Shown: positions 11,122 to 23,090 of the stretch, piece after piece | Position numbering within the stretch: position 1 is the stretch's first letter | Layout: the number at the start of each line of letters is the position of its first letter | NCBI GenBank assembly: GCA_907165135.1 | Contig: OU015568.1 | Location: forward strand, 3,844,001 to 3,908,000 | DNA length: 64,000 nt | Direction of reading: 5' to 3' | Source of the DNA: Oikopleura dioica | Taxonomy: Eukaryota > Animalia > Chordata | Translations under genes and position numbers: made by a program | Notes under the pieces: generated by a model | The model's input: only the letters and a program-made list of their open reading frames with translations | Database searches by the model: none | Told to the model about the DNA's origin: nothing

Positions 11122-12252
11122 AGCGGCAATAGAGGGATTAAATGAGACAAGAGAAAGAGTCGGCTATCCAAAGAAGAGGTTCAAAATCATGGATAATTCA
11201 TCAAAAAAGCCGCAGGCGGCTTTTTCAATGAAAATTTTAAATATTTTTTTAACAAAATTTAAGTAATGAGTCGTTCGATTTTGAAAAATTTTGCTTTATC
11301 AGATTTTTAACTGTTTTATTTTTTGAACTTTATTCAAAGTTGGCCCTAAATCAGGCTCTATGCGAAGGAGCGGAGGGCTTTGCCAAGCAATTGGTAGCGG
11401 AAGGACGGTTTGGCCGGGATAGGAAACTCCGAGGAGCAGCTGAATGTAATTTTATGTCCCGGACGGGAGAAATTACCCTGAAGACGTACAAACTTGCCTT
11501 TGAATCCTGGCTCTCGTAAGTGTCAAAAACCGATAAATGCGGCTTCCAAACTATATAATCGACAAAAATTTCCAATAGTCATCTAATTTAACCGTAAACT
11601 TAGCCAATACAACACATTCAATTGGGAAGAACCTGAAGGCGGAAATGCTTGGAGCAACTTGATGCACAAGAACTCGAAAGAAATCGGAATTGGGGGTGCT
11701 TTAACTAAGGAATGCGATGAAATACAATAATAAAATAAATGACTAGAGCTAGAAAATAGTGATCTTTTACGAGACAAATAAATATTTTACGCAGTGATTG
11801 CCGTAAATCTTTCTTCGAGTTATGTTTATTAGTTCCGGTATATTCTGACTTATTGTTCTACGTGTTATTTTTGTCATCCATCGCCGAAAAAGGGAGGAAA
11901 TGCCATCATCATCGCCCGAGTCACGCCAGTTCCCGACTTGAGCCCGGAAACCCTCCCGAAACTCCTCCCAACTGATGCTCGCCGACTCCCGCAAGCATAT
12001 TACTCTTTCGGCCAACAGGATGAGCCGGACGACTTTCTATCCCTTTGGTCGAAAAACCTCGGCCCTAACATGCGAAGAAAGACCGCGCCTGTCAAGCAAG
12101 TCAAGATGCCAGACAAATCGGTTTCTCGATCAAGCCTGAGCTCGGTCAAATTTGGAAAAGAGAAGGTGCGATCTGAGTCTGAAAGGGACTCGGGAATAAG
12201 AGAAGAAGACTCAAATGATGATGTGTTTTCAAGGAAATGGTTTATTTGTTAA
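11122..12252 (+). CDS. Divergent CAP/SCP-domain protein (GAPR-1/GLIPR2-like); 5' end unresolved
   Basis: Exons read AIEGLNETRERVGYP, LCEGAEGFAKQLVAEG, AFESWLS, AWSNLMHKNSKEIGIGGA, GNAIIIARVTP, in the order of the CAP core motifs. Confidence 0.5.
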
Positions 12253-12687
12253 AAGAACGGAGTATGTAGTAGACATCAAGGATAACGGAAATCAAAAAGA
12301 AATAAGGTTACATTCAGATTCATTTTAGCTTGAAATTTTTCTTGTCTTTATAATAGAGCAGCACTATATGGGAAGAATAAATTTCTTTACTAAGGTATCA
12401 TTTTAGCGATTTTTAAAGTAGCTCTTAAAATTTTTTTGTATTTCTATTTCTATCTTTTTATCTTTTTTGTATCATTTTATGATTTTATGAAAATCTTCGT
12501 TTTCTCTTCTTTTTATGGAGAAAAAAGTCGATAAAGCATCTGGTTAGCACCTTTGACTCAGAACGAACCAAAGCTAAATTTTTCCAAGAATACGAAAATT
12601 AATTGCCGCTCAACCAGCTGTTCAGCAAATTGCCGATAACGTCTACTTGTAATGAGTCATTACTAATGACTCAAGACTAAATAAACC

Positions 12688-13965
12688 ATGAAAAGCGGTC
12701 TGAACAAAGATAGATCTTTTGGAGACAATATGCCTTACGGTAGCGAAAAATTCGGAAAGACTCCCATCCAAAGTCCATTCTTCAACAACAATGCAGATGT
12801 TTCTTTTGCTGACAATGCTTCTTACGGGTAAATTGAATCAACTGTTGGACTTTGATTGGACTCATCAATTTCAGAAATGGCGGCACCCGATCCGTCAGTG
12901 AAATGCGCTCGCCCCGGAGTTTTGATACATCGTTTGGCGACAATGTCAAATTTGGGTGAGTCTTCCTTGATTTTTACTTCCTCGAGCATCTGCTGAGCTT
13001 TTCCTTAAATAATAAGGAACAAGCGAGGAAGCAGATGAGTTAAGAACAATATTGACCAAATTTAAATTTCGCATGAATTTAAACTTGAATATTGTCATCT
13101 TTTTTAGCTCTGAGCACTTTGGAAAAAGTGAGATTTGGACCGAAGGTCTAGTAAGAGATAGATCTTTTGGAGATGCAATGCCATACGGGTACAAAAACTT
13201 TTCCATTGACTCACTTCAATACTAACTACCTACAGTAGACCTATGGAAACATAAGGAACTACACCTATTACATATAATTTTAAATGGTTTGAATTAATCG
13301 TTAAGAGTGAGAAAATTATGAAATTCAATAACATTCAACTTTTTAGGTCTGAAGCTGTTCCAACCCCGCTTCATTTTGAATCTCGAGGGCGATTGATAAC
13401 CCGAGGAAGTGACGATGAAATTATTGAGCCTAAAAGAGAAAAGAGGTATCACATCATGATTTAAAATTTAGTTTAACAAAATTTTAAGCAAAAATAAATC
13501 AGTAAAAAGTTCTCCTAAGAACAAAGTAAAAATCGACCAGAAACAATTGAGCGTTATCAAAGGTAATTACACAAATTGAAGCTCTCATTCACCGAAAAAT
13601 TTAGGCTCTCATCGCGGAGAGTGGCAGCCAAGACTGGAAGTTCGCGCAACCGGTATCACCCCAAAATACACAAAATCGTCAATGGAGTCTTCAAGTTCAT
13701 GGGAGAATCAGAAAACGGAGAGGGTCTCTATTTCAGATCAATGAGTCAAATTTGGCTCCGATGCCAAAAGAACAGGATGTCCTTTGCACCGACTAACAGT
13801 GAAAAAGGTTGATATTCCTTCGACTCCTTTTTGAACAAATTTTTCTAAGGATGCTGGGTTTTTGCGAAGAATACTTCAGCTGGAAACGTTCCGACTTCTG
13901 GTTGGAAAATGTTCAGCGAAAAGGAATGGACCGACATAGAATCACTGACGATCTGGTCGGTTTGA
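12688..13965 (+). CDS. Uncharacterised protein with four SF(G/A)Dxxx(Y/F)G repeats and a Trp-containing C-terminal domain
   Basis: Six exons joined in phase by GT-AG introns: MKSGLNKDRSFGDNMPYGSEKFGK...SFADNASYG...SFGDNVKFGSEHFGK...DRSFGDAMPYG...VPTSGWKMFSEKEWTDIESLTIWSV*. Confidence 0.6.
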
Positions 13966-14358
13966 AGATCAAATAATCGCTTGCTCTTTTCATACTTCTT
14001 TTTCTTAATAAAATCGGCAAATAAAATTAATTTTTCATTAAAATTTATAATCGTTAACCTTTTAAAGTTTTAACCCCAGGGCAAGAAAGACCGCGTAGGA
14101 AAACAGAATAAAGGTCAGGTGGCATGATTTGTGTTTCCTCGTTGATTTTCTTGAACAGAGAAGCTCCGATTCCGGATTTGAAAGAGTAGAAACTCCTCAA
14201 GTTTGCTGATTACGTAACGGTGCGCGCGTCAGCGTGATATCTACGATCGCGAGTTTGACAAATACGGCAGGAATCGCGCAACTTTTTCTTTATTTGCGAG
14301 TTTCCCCATCGTAAAAAAAACATTTTTTGCAAGAGAGGCGAAAAGAAGAAACCGGTAG

Positions 14359-15153
14359 ATGTCGGGGGCGTACAGAAGATTCATCGGTGTTTTGGATGGA
14401 TTCGTTAACGCCAAGTTTCCCTCTGGAAAGATAAATGAGATGTGGCACCATCCAGCGGGGCCAAAGGTTAGCGAAAAATTCGGAATTTCATTATGAACTT
14501 TTCCAGACGATTTTCTTCTGGGCGCCGACTTGGAAGTGGTCGCTCGTTATCGCCGGTTTGGCGGATCTTGCCAGGCCCTCACATCAGCTCTCACTCAATG
14601 GGTCCCTAGCTCTTGTTGCCAATGGAACTATCTATACAAGATGGTAAGCTTTACCCGTTCTTTAACGTCGAAGAATCTACTTCTATCAGTTTGAGTGACA
14701 TTTCCTAAACGTAAACTTTCTTTTTGTCTAAGTGTCAAATGATTCTTCCGATACAGTATTGGATATGGACCATATCATATGGTATCAAAAAGAGCATTTT
14801 CTTGAATACATTTTTTATCAACTTTTTCCATAGATCCTTTTCAGAAAATTTTACATAAAGCTTATCAACAACACTTGTTTTCTTATCACAAAACAGGATA
14901 ACTAAAACGCCTCTCTCTCTCTTTTTCTTGTTCATTTTTTCTGAATACATGCCCCTCCCCCTTCTCTCTCTCTTCAGATAAAAGATGTTTTAGGTACTAC
15001 TGGGCGATTACTCCGCGAAACGCGGTCGGCGCTTCTTGCTCGTTCTTTACTGCTCTAACTGGAGTCATGCAAGCCGGCCGTCGACTCCATTATGATTACT
15101 ATGTCAAGGGGACACCCGAAGACCCCGCGCTTGTCGAAGCGAAGCTCGATTAA
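14359..15153 (+). CDS. MPC2: Mitochondrial pyruvate carrier 2
   Basis: WHHPAGPKTIFFWAPTWKWSLVIAGLADLARP...AITPRN matches the MPC2 signature; three exons. Confidence 0.9.
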
Positions 15154-18100
15154 TGTTTGAAACAAATTGATAAAGAATTATTCTTAGAAATGAAATTAAT
15201 AAATAAATTTTCTTCAAAAGATAATTTTGTTTATTTTAACCGGCAATTCTCAAGCTTACTTAAATTTTATGAATTTTATTTTATTTCAGTAAAATATCTA
15301 TTTCGTAGTTTACTCACAGCAAGAAGAGGAACAGGGCTCTTTATTTTTTTTCTTCAATAAGCTTGAGCAACATGTTGATTATCTTCAATTTCTTGACGAT
15401 TTTGAACAGGCAAAAGATGATGATCAAAAGGAGTGCAACAATTATTCTCTGGAAGAAGATATCTTTCGAATCGAAAAAGTCCATTTGGCTTTCTTGCTTC
15501 GCTTTTCATGCTATGCTTTTTATGATGAGCCAAGCACTGGACAAGAGATTTCCAGGAGCTATGATGGAGCTTATTCTGCTTTTTTTTCCGCTACTTATTT
15601 TTCCATTAAAATGGTGAGGGGTTCTTCTTCCGGCTATCGATTTCTCCAGTCGAATGAGTACAGTCACAGCTGGCGCCCGATTTCAAGCTTATCAGGCTTA
15701 AATTTCCTATGCATCGGCAAGTTCTCAATTCCAATCGAAAAATCGATTGCAAAAAATCTTTTTTTTTTCTTTTTAGAAATTTTTGTTGAAAAAAACTCTC
15801 TTTTGAATAAGAATTTCTCGGTTCGCTGAAATTGAAACATCAAGAACGTGCAGAAATGACGATTTTGCATGTGTTATGAGTTCTTTTAGTGACAGAAGGT
15901 GCCTAATTACGGCGCCGGGAAATGCAGTGAAATGTGTTAATTGGCGAGCGCAGAAGGGAAGTTCTTATGCTGAGCTGGCAATCGACCTGAAGGACTCACA
16001 TCAGCGATAAGCCTCACATCACGTTTTTACGTTTCATGGTTTTTTTATTTCTGCAAAGAAAAAAATGCGAAAAAGTGGCGCGTTAAATTAATGCAAAGTC
16101 TTCTAGTCAGACACGTTTTCTGTAAACGGAGCTGGCCAGAAGTTGCCGCAAGCAGATAAGTACTTACTGTCAAACAAGTTGCTTGTTCCAAGCGATACAG
16201 AATGCGCACCTGCTCAATGCTCCGTAGTAGTTTACTGATAAGGCTCAACACGAGTGGTTTTCTTTTCTCAATTACGAATGGCACAGACAAAAAAGGGAAA
16301 GAAAGATCGATTATTTCCTGTTTTCAAAACAAGGAAAAATATTTATTACTTCAAAATTTTATTTGAAAAAGTAATCTTTATAAAGAAAAAAGAGTTTTTC
16401 GACCATTTTTATCTTTATTTTTTGATTTTTTACAATAAAGAATTGAGAATTTGGGCAAAAGCGATTCGATCCGAGAAAGAATATGTCACGTGAGATTTCG
16501 AATTCGCTTGAAGATTGGGAGGATCGATTTTTTAAATTTTAAATCGAAGGCCCGCCTAATCGATACAGAGCATGCTGCCACCGCCGCGACTGCCAGATAT
16601 CGGACGCCACTATTCTCTGCAACTCACTTTTAAACACGCACTCCAGTACAGAGCCGCAGCACAGCTTAGCAAAATAGAGCATAAATAGAACTACAGTAGG
16701 AACTCCTTAGAGCAAAAAATCAAGTCCCAAGAAGGATTTTTTTGACTTACAGAGAACTTTAGGTTTTCAAGACTTACAGAGGGTTCTGATGGTCCTCGAT
16801 TTGCTAGAGTAACGAATAAGGCCAAAACAGCCGAAAAAATAGTGAAGACTAGGAAAAAAGATAGAAAATGGGAACTTTTGACCAAGAATCGCCAGTGGGT
16901 TAAAAAAGAAAGAAAACTTAAGGGTCCTCCCTTCGATCTGGAAAAAAATCGGATCGAAGGGGGAATCCTTATGAATTTTTGTCTTTAACTTACTGCTGCA
17001 GGTCTGCCAATTAAATGGTATATATTACTGATTGGGTATTGGCCTTTATGGGGGCTTTTGAGCCAATCAGAGACTGCTTTCAAGAGAGACAATTGTATGG
17101 AAAGATCTCCGAGTTCAATTAGTACTCACAAGAGCTGCTTAAGAATGACCGTATCTGATCCGTTCTAAGGCACTCGGTGAATGCTAAGAGAGCTGCGGAA
17201 TGCTCGACGATAATCCCCTCCTCGTTTTTAGTTCGACCAAAAACAGAGTTAGCGCCTGAACAAGCATTTACAACATCGATTGTTTTGGGCGTTGCAACTT
17301 TATTTGAAGAATTGAACACTCGATAAAATATAAACAAACGTGGCGAGGAATAGCAAGAAATGTGTGCAAGTACGGGTCTTGAGACGTAAGAACATCTATT
17401 TTCGCAAGTTCAATACTTTGTTTTTTAAAGAGGTAGCCATCAATAATCGTCGCTTTTCGGGATAGCGGCCCGAATGGACGAAAAAAGTGGGTCAAAAAAC
17501 CGGATTTTTCGCGCAATTTTTATTCCTGAAATCTGATTGGCCGACCGGGAAAATGGGCGAATCTGATTGGTCTGAAATTAGACCAAAATTTTGATGAAAA
17601 TTGCCGCGATTTTTGTCGATTTGATCCACCTCTCCTACTATTTTTCGGATTTTCTCAATAGTTTAACATAGTGACACCCTTATTTTCTTATAGAAACGAA
17701 ACTTTTTCTTCCTTGGTAATAGTTTTCAGGTGCAATTTTAAGTTTCTAGCTTTTGTTTCAAAAAAAAAAGAGACACACTCAAGATGGAATCTCGGATTTC
17801 CTTCAGAGGAGATTCGCGGGATTATCCGTACACGTTTGACCCTCATGCCATTCTGGGATCATGTAATCACCAGGTGGAGCTGGTCATTCCGTATCGCGAG
17901 ATCGCCCGAACATAAAATTGAGCAAGTTGAGCAAGAATTTCTCAAGCTTAGAAAATGTCACTCACGCTCCTCTTCTTCTTTGTTTTTATTATCTTTATTG
18001 GCAAAGGAACTTAAAAAGATGTTTTTTTCTGCTTCAGATCTTCATTTTTTCACGAAGCTCCTTTACGAAGTTCACCACTAAAATAGACATTTTAATTATT

Positions 18101-18304
18101 TGATTTAAAAATTATTAAAATACAATTATAATTTGTATTTATAATAAATAAAATACTTATAAATTAATAAATTTAATAAATTATTTTAAATAATCTATTA
18201 AAATAAAAATGAAAAAAAAATAATTAGTATTAATAATAAAATAATGATTAATAATAAATAAAATTATTTTTATTATCATTCTTATTAATTAAATTTGAAA
18301 GCAT

Positions 18305-19543
18305 TTAATTCCTACCGTCAATCGGAACTTCAATAAAATCCTGTCGATTTACCAGTGTCGAAAATTCAGCGAATGAAATCTGAAAATAAAAAGTACTCTT
18401 ATTTTATTGCAAAATCATCAGACTGAGTCAATTTTAGTTGAACCGGTTTTGACTTATAAAATAGATCATTTTTAAAGATTTTAAATTTTCATCCCCGAGC
18501 GAGATCAAAAAGGGGCGCTTGAGCCACCTGTTTATGTCGGATTTAAAGTGGCTCAAATGTGATCGGTTTCTTCACTTTTTCGCGACATTCGAGAGGGGGG
18601 AATAAATGCGTCTTGCGTTGATTTCGGCGAATGTCTGCCGGCCACTCTTAATTACTTAGGGTAAATATGGTAGCTAAGGATTCTCAAAAAGCCTTTTCCT
18701 GCATTTTTTATCATTTACTGTACTTGGTATTCACTCACAAAATTGCTGGAATCAACAATATCACTGCGAAAAACTAAATTTTTTTGCAATATTATTTTTT
18801 AGAAATCTGATTGGTCAAAAATTTGAAAAAAAAAATTTGCAAATTTTGACTCAAAATATGTAGAATTTTCGTTATTTTTTTTTGATTAAAATCAAAGTAA
18901 AAATCCAAAGAAAAAGTTCGATTATTGACATCCACCCCCTTAATCTACCTCGCCATCTCCATCAGTATCCGCCTCCGAAATTTCTTTATTTTCCCTGAGT
19001 TGTTGAAAACTCGGACGATTCTCCGAGCTCCTTAACCCGAGTTCTTCCATATTCAGATGTCCATCGCCATCTTTATCGTAAAACTTCAAACGAGCTGTAG
19101 CACTGTTCCTTCTAAATAAGATGTTTTTCGATCAAAAAGCTCATTTCCTTGAACGTCGTCCACAATTGCTCCGGCGTCAAAACTGTCTTGGTCGCGCCGA
19201 TAGTGTATTCAAGAAATGAGAGAAAATTAACTCCACCCAATGAGTTTTGACAGCTTTGATCTGACAGCGTTTCGATGAATTCCTCTGGGTTCACTTTTTT
19301 TCTGATTTCAAAGCGATTATTTTTTTTTCCTTCTTACTGGATTTGGAATCTTTCCTGGAGATTCCTCGTCTGGCAAAAACTCGGAAATGAACGTCTTTAG
19401 GTCGGATTTGTCGATGATTCCATCTTTGTCCTAAGAAACGGGAAGGGTAATTGATTGTGTAGCAAATAAGGGTGTACCTTATCAATAAGCAGGAATGCAT
19501 CTAATACGATCATAATAAATTCTTTGCACTCGTCAGAGACCAT
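18305..19543 (-). CDS. Calmodulin-like four-EF-hand protein
   Basis: AFLLIDKDKDGIIDKSDL, GVNFLSFL, FYDKDGDGHLNMEEL and ADTDGDGEISFAEF loops across exons; one junction near 19295-19301 needs a 1-nt correction in an A run. Confidence 0.75.
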
Positions 19544-19579
19544 TATTTCTGGAACAAAGATCAACAAACAGCTTCATTT

Positions 19580-20037
19580 TTAATCAAACCCCGTCAGCTT
19601 TTAACGAGTCGAAAAACGAATTTTACGCGACATTTTCTGGGGGTCTATCTCGACTCTAACACCCTCAAAATCGCACTCGAAAATTGGACTTTTCGCCGAA
19701 AATTGACGAATTTGCCCTTGTTTTGGCAAAAATATTGATTTTTCTTGGTCAAAAATTCCTCAAATCAAGTTTTTGAAGCAAGTTTTACCAGAGGACGCAT
19801 TCAGAACCAAAAATTTGGTGTTTTTAAAAATTTCCATTTTTGAAGGAAAAAGCTGGGGATGGTGTCTGGAACCGACAAAAAAATTTCGAAAAATTTTGCT
19901 TGGGCGGCTACTCGGCTGCTGATTGGCCGGTTTGTCGAATCCCGGCTCCTGATTGGTTGAAAGTTTCCACGCAAAATTTGTCGAAATTTTTTTTCGGTTC
20001 CAGAAACCTCCCCAAAAGCTGACGGGGGCTCCTTATA
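19580..20037. mobile_element. Second copy of the 2531-2872 MITE family, carrying a 140-bp inverted-repeat core
   Basis: Ends ACCCCGTCAGCTTTT...AAAGCTGACGGGGGCTCCTTA; the body matches the reverse complement of 2580-2760; internal TCTGGAACCGA...TCGGTTCCAGA module at 19865-20004. Confidence 0.75.
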
Positions 20038-20520
20038 CCGGTGAAAGCAGACTCAAATCAAAAAATTTTTTAGTTGATCTTTTTCTTCCTTTCCTCCCAT
20101 CATAAGACTTTTTCTCTTTCCTTTTATAATTCAATTTCTGGCCAGCTCAGCTTTTTCTTCCTTTTCATTCAATTTTTCGATATTCGGCCGAACAGCTCAT
20201 CTCCGGATCAGATCAGGATTAAGAAAATTTCTTCAATGATTGTATTGGTATGTTTAATCGCCTTTTCTTAGGTTGCCTAGCCGAGCTAACAGGAAGATGC
20301 TCTTCCTGGAAAGTTGTCAAACTTCAAGGTTCAAACTTGAAGTTCTGTAAACCATAAAAATGTGAATACGAATTCTAGTGCGGCGAGGCATCAAGTCAAG
20401 TTGATGTGAACGGATCATGTTTCCAGGGAGAAGATGAAAGAAAGTTCTTTCTGCTTTTTGGGTAGATTTGCGTTCAAGAAACTATGGGAGCCGAAAAAAA
20501 ACTTGATATTTGAAATCGTC

Positions 20521-21655
20521 GAGACGGGAGCTTTTCCAGCCATTAGCTTTTCCAGCCGTTAGCTTTTCCAGCATATTAGAATTTCCAGCAAGGCTGGAAA
20601 AGCTAACGGCTGGAAAAGCTAATGGCTGGAAAAGCTTCTTTCAGATTGATATTTTTCTAATGAAAATATAGTTTGATAAAATAAGTACTATTTTTATTAA
20701 AAAGTGTATTTACTTTGTGAAATATCATAATTAATTAATAATCGCTCCGAAATCAACAGCCATGCTCGCAGTACCGAAATCGGAACAAGGAGTACCGAAA
20801 ATCCCGACCTCCTTTGAAAACGATCTCTCGATAAATTTTATACTAATCGACGATTATTAATTAATAATAAATCATTATTAATTATATTTCACTAAGACGT
20901 GCCTATTTAAGGTTCACCAAGTTTTCCAGCCCACTTCCTTATAGACCCCCGAACACCATACGATATGGTCCATACCTTTTTAGAATCAGCAGAAAATTTA
21001 AAGAACTTTGACGGTTTAAAATTCTAGAAAACTCCACTTCCGGTCAATTCTAGAGCCGGAAGTTGACGAAATTTAGGTGTGATGGTAGAGTATGACCTAT
21101 CAAATTGATGCTCGGAAGATTTGAGTCATCCTGTAATCAATGTATCAGAAGAAACAGTCCCAAACGTGGTCAAACCGACCGGCAAAATTATGTAAAAAAG
21201 GCGTAAATTGATGAATTTTTTTTCAGTCTTTTTCGGTTGGTTTGACCGCGGTTGGTCTTTATTCTTTTCGAAAATGATAGGAAATCGTCAGATCTTCAAT
21301 TTGATAGGTCAAACTTCACCATGATACGTCAACTTCCGGCTCTAGAATCGACCGAAAGTGGAGTTTTCAAGAATTTTAAACCGTCAAAGTTCTTAAAATT
21401 TTCTGCTGATTCTAAAAAATATATGGTGTTCGGGGGTCTATAAGGCGGAAGTGGGCTGGAAAACTTCGTTGACCTTAAAAAAAGCACGTCTAAGTAAATA
21501 CACTTTTTAATAAAAATAGTACTTATTTTATCAACTTATATCTTCATTAGAAAAATATCGATCTGAAAGAAGCTTTTCCAGTATATTAGCTTTTCCAGCA
21601 AATTAGAATTTCCAGCAAGGCTGGAAAAGCTAATCGCTGGAAAAGCTCCCGTCTC
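20521..21655. mobile_element. 1.1-kb Mutator/Foldback-type element with very long inverted arms and a nested MITE
   Basis: Termini GAGACGGGAGCTTTTCCAG; exact 9-bp TSD GAAATCGTC at 20512-20520 and 21656-21664; arms complementary over about 400 bp; an extra element at about 20715-20893 is present in the left arm only. Confidence 0.9.
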
Positions 21656-22304
21656 GAAATCGTCATTTTCCAGAAACTGTCGAAAAAGATGAAAGTGGAA
21701 CGTTTCAGCAGCTCGTAAACCCTCAGCTACGGAAATTGAAAGATTAGATTCAGTACTTATCACATACGAGCTTTTTCTTTCTACGTGCCTGCAGTCCTTG
21801 CTTACATAATTTCTAGCGTCTTTCTACCTTTTTGTTTTATCGAAGTTTTACTCTTCGAAAAGCTCGGTAAGGGAGTAAAAAGCGGGTTTGAAAGAATGAA
21901 ATGCAAGTTCAACCCGCGAAAATGCATGTTTTCGAGCTAAAAAGAGGGTCTGGCAAAGTTCAAAACTCACGATTGGGGAAGGTTTTATTTCTGGTCTTAG
22001 CACTCTCGCACGCGTGAGCAAGCTAAATCGTCTACACATTCGTCAGATTAACGTGAAGTTGAACTCTTACTGTAAGTTTTTTTCGATTTTTTCTGGTCTC
22101 GGAGACGACGATCTTGACTTTCACACCTGAGAAGAAGAAAAATGGAACAGCATTTTGGAATCAATAATCAAAGGTAAAGTCATGTCCTTGAAAAATTCAA
22201 AAAGAAAATCGAGAAGCCGGTTGCGGCTTCGAGTGTCAAGTATTTAAGCCGCGTTTCGCCCGGTTCTGTTTCTTTTCTTCTCATAGCCGCAAGCTGCTTC
22301 TCGA

Positions 22305-22698
22305 TTAAGGGGGTAGAAACAGGTTTTTTCCGAAAACGGCGATTTTTGACCGGCGCTACAGACAAGAGAATCTTTTATTTATAAATTTTCTCTTCAGGTT
22401 TAGATAGAAACATCTTAGATCTAGGAGCATCTCCCTCAAAATTTGTTTTTGTCATCAACTTTTTGAGTGAGCGGGCTCAGAAGCAACTCATCTCTCCGAA
22501 ATTCTCGATTTTCGCCACATTTCAAACACGAATATCTCGAGTCACCCGATAGTAAAACAAATTTCATTCACAGTTTTGTGAACCTCAACCCCTTTTCTAG
22601 GAACATTTATGAGGAATAATCGTTAACATAAGAATATCTTATGTTTTCTTTTATGTAGCTGCGGTCCAAAATCGAGAAAGCTGTTTCTACCCCCTTAA
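22305..22698. mobile_element. TTAA-flanked (Kolobok-like) MITE, second family
   Basis: Perfect 18-bp inverted ends TTAAGGGGGTAGAAACAG / CTGTTTCTACCCCCTTAA. Confidence 0.85.
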
Positions 22699-22779
22699 AG
22701 AAGCAAAGATATCGATAAAACGAGAGACTAAATTTTCCATGCCCCCTATAAGTTTAACCAACTGTTGAGTCTGAGTTAC

Positions 22780-23090
22780 GCCTGAAGTCTTGTAGAAGCC
22801 TAAACCAAAACCCTTAGCCTAACTGTAGAGAGTGACTATCATTCGAGCCTATGATATGAGCCATGTAATATCTCTAGAATCTGGACTTGTGGTTAGGGTT
22901 AGAGACAGAGAAATGCTAACTAGGGGGGAGTCCGGGGGGGGGGCAAAGCCCTCTGGCTAACGCCTTAGGTGGGGGGTCCCGGGGGGAGTAGCCCCTGGAC
23001 TAGGTTTAGGGTAAGGGGCAGCTCGAATGAAAACCCCTTACTATCAGCCTAACCCAAGGGGCTATATCCTCCGGTAAGCCCCCTAAGGCT
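22780..23090. repeat. G-rich segment with telomere-like TTAGGG/CCTAA motifs
   Basis: GGTTAGGGTTAG, TAGGTTTAGGGTAAGGGG, CCTAACCC and G6-G10 runs in an otherwise AT-rich region. Confidence 0.4.

Noticed and set aside
12688-13200. Neuropeptide precursor reading (F-G-K amidation-like sites)
   Set aside because: No signal peptide, an in-frame stop just upstream of the ATG, and only single basic residues at the putative sites.
16920-16973. Short hairpin TAAGGGTCCTCCCTTCGATC...GATCGAAGGGGGAATCCTTA as a structured RNA or terminator
   Set aside because: It resembles collapsed ends of the TTAAGG MITE families; no RNA-gene features.
17119-17516. Possible FLYWCH/Mutator transposase remnant (IIDGYLFKK)
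   Set aside because: The W and C/H ligands are not in register and no DDE region is seen; too weak to call.
18085-18300. Extremely AT-rich tract (also 25260-25450 and 36835-36880)
   Set aside because: Low-complexity intergenic or intronic DNA with no periodic unit or defined ends.
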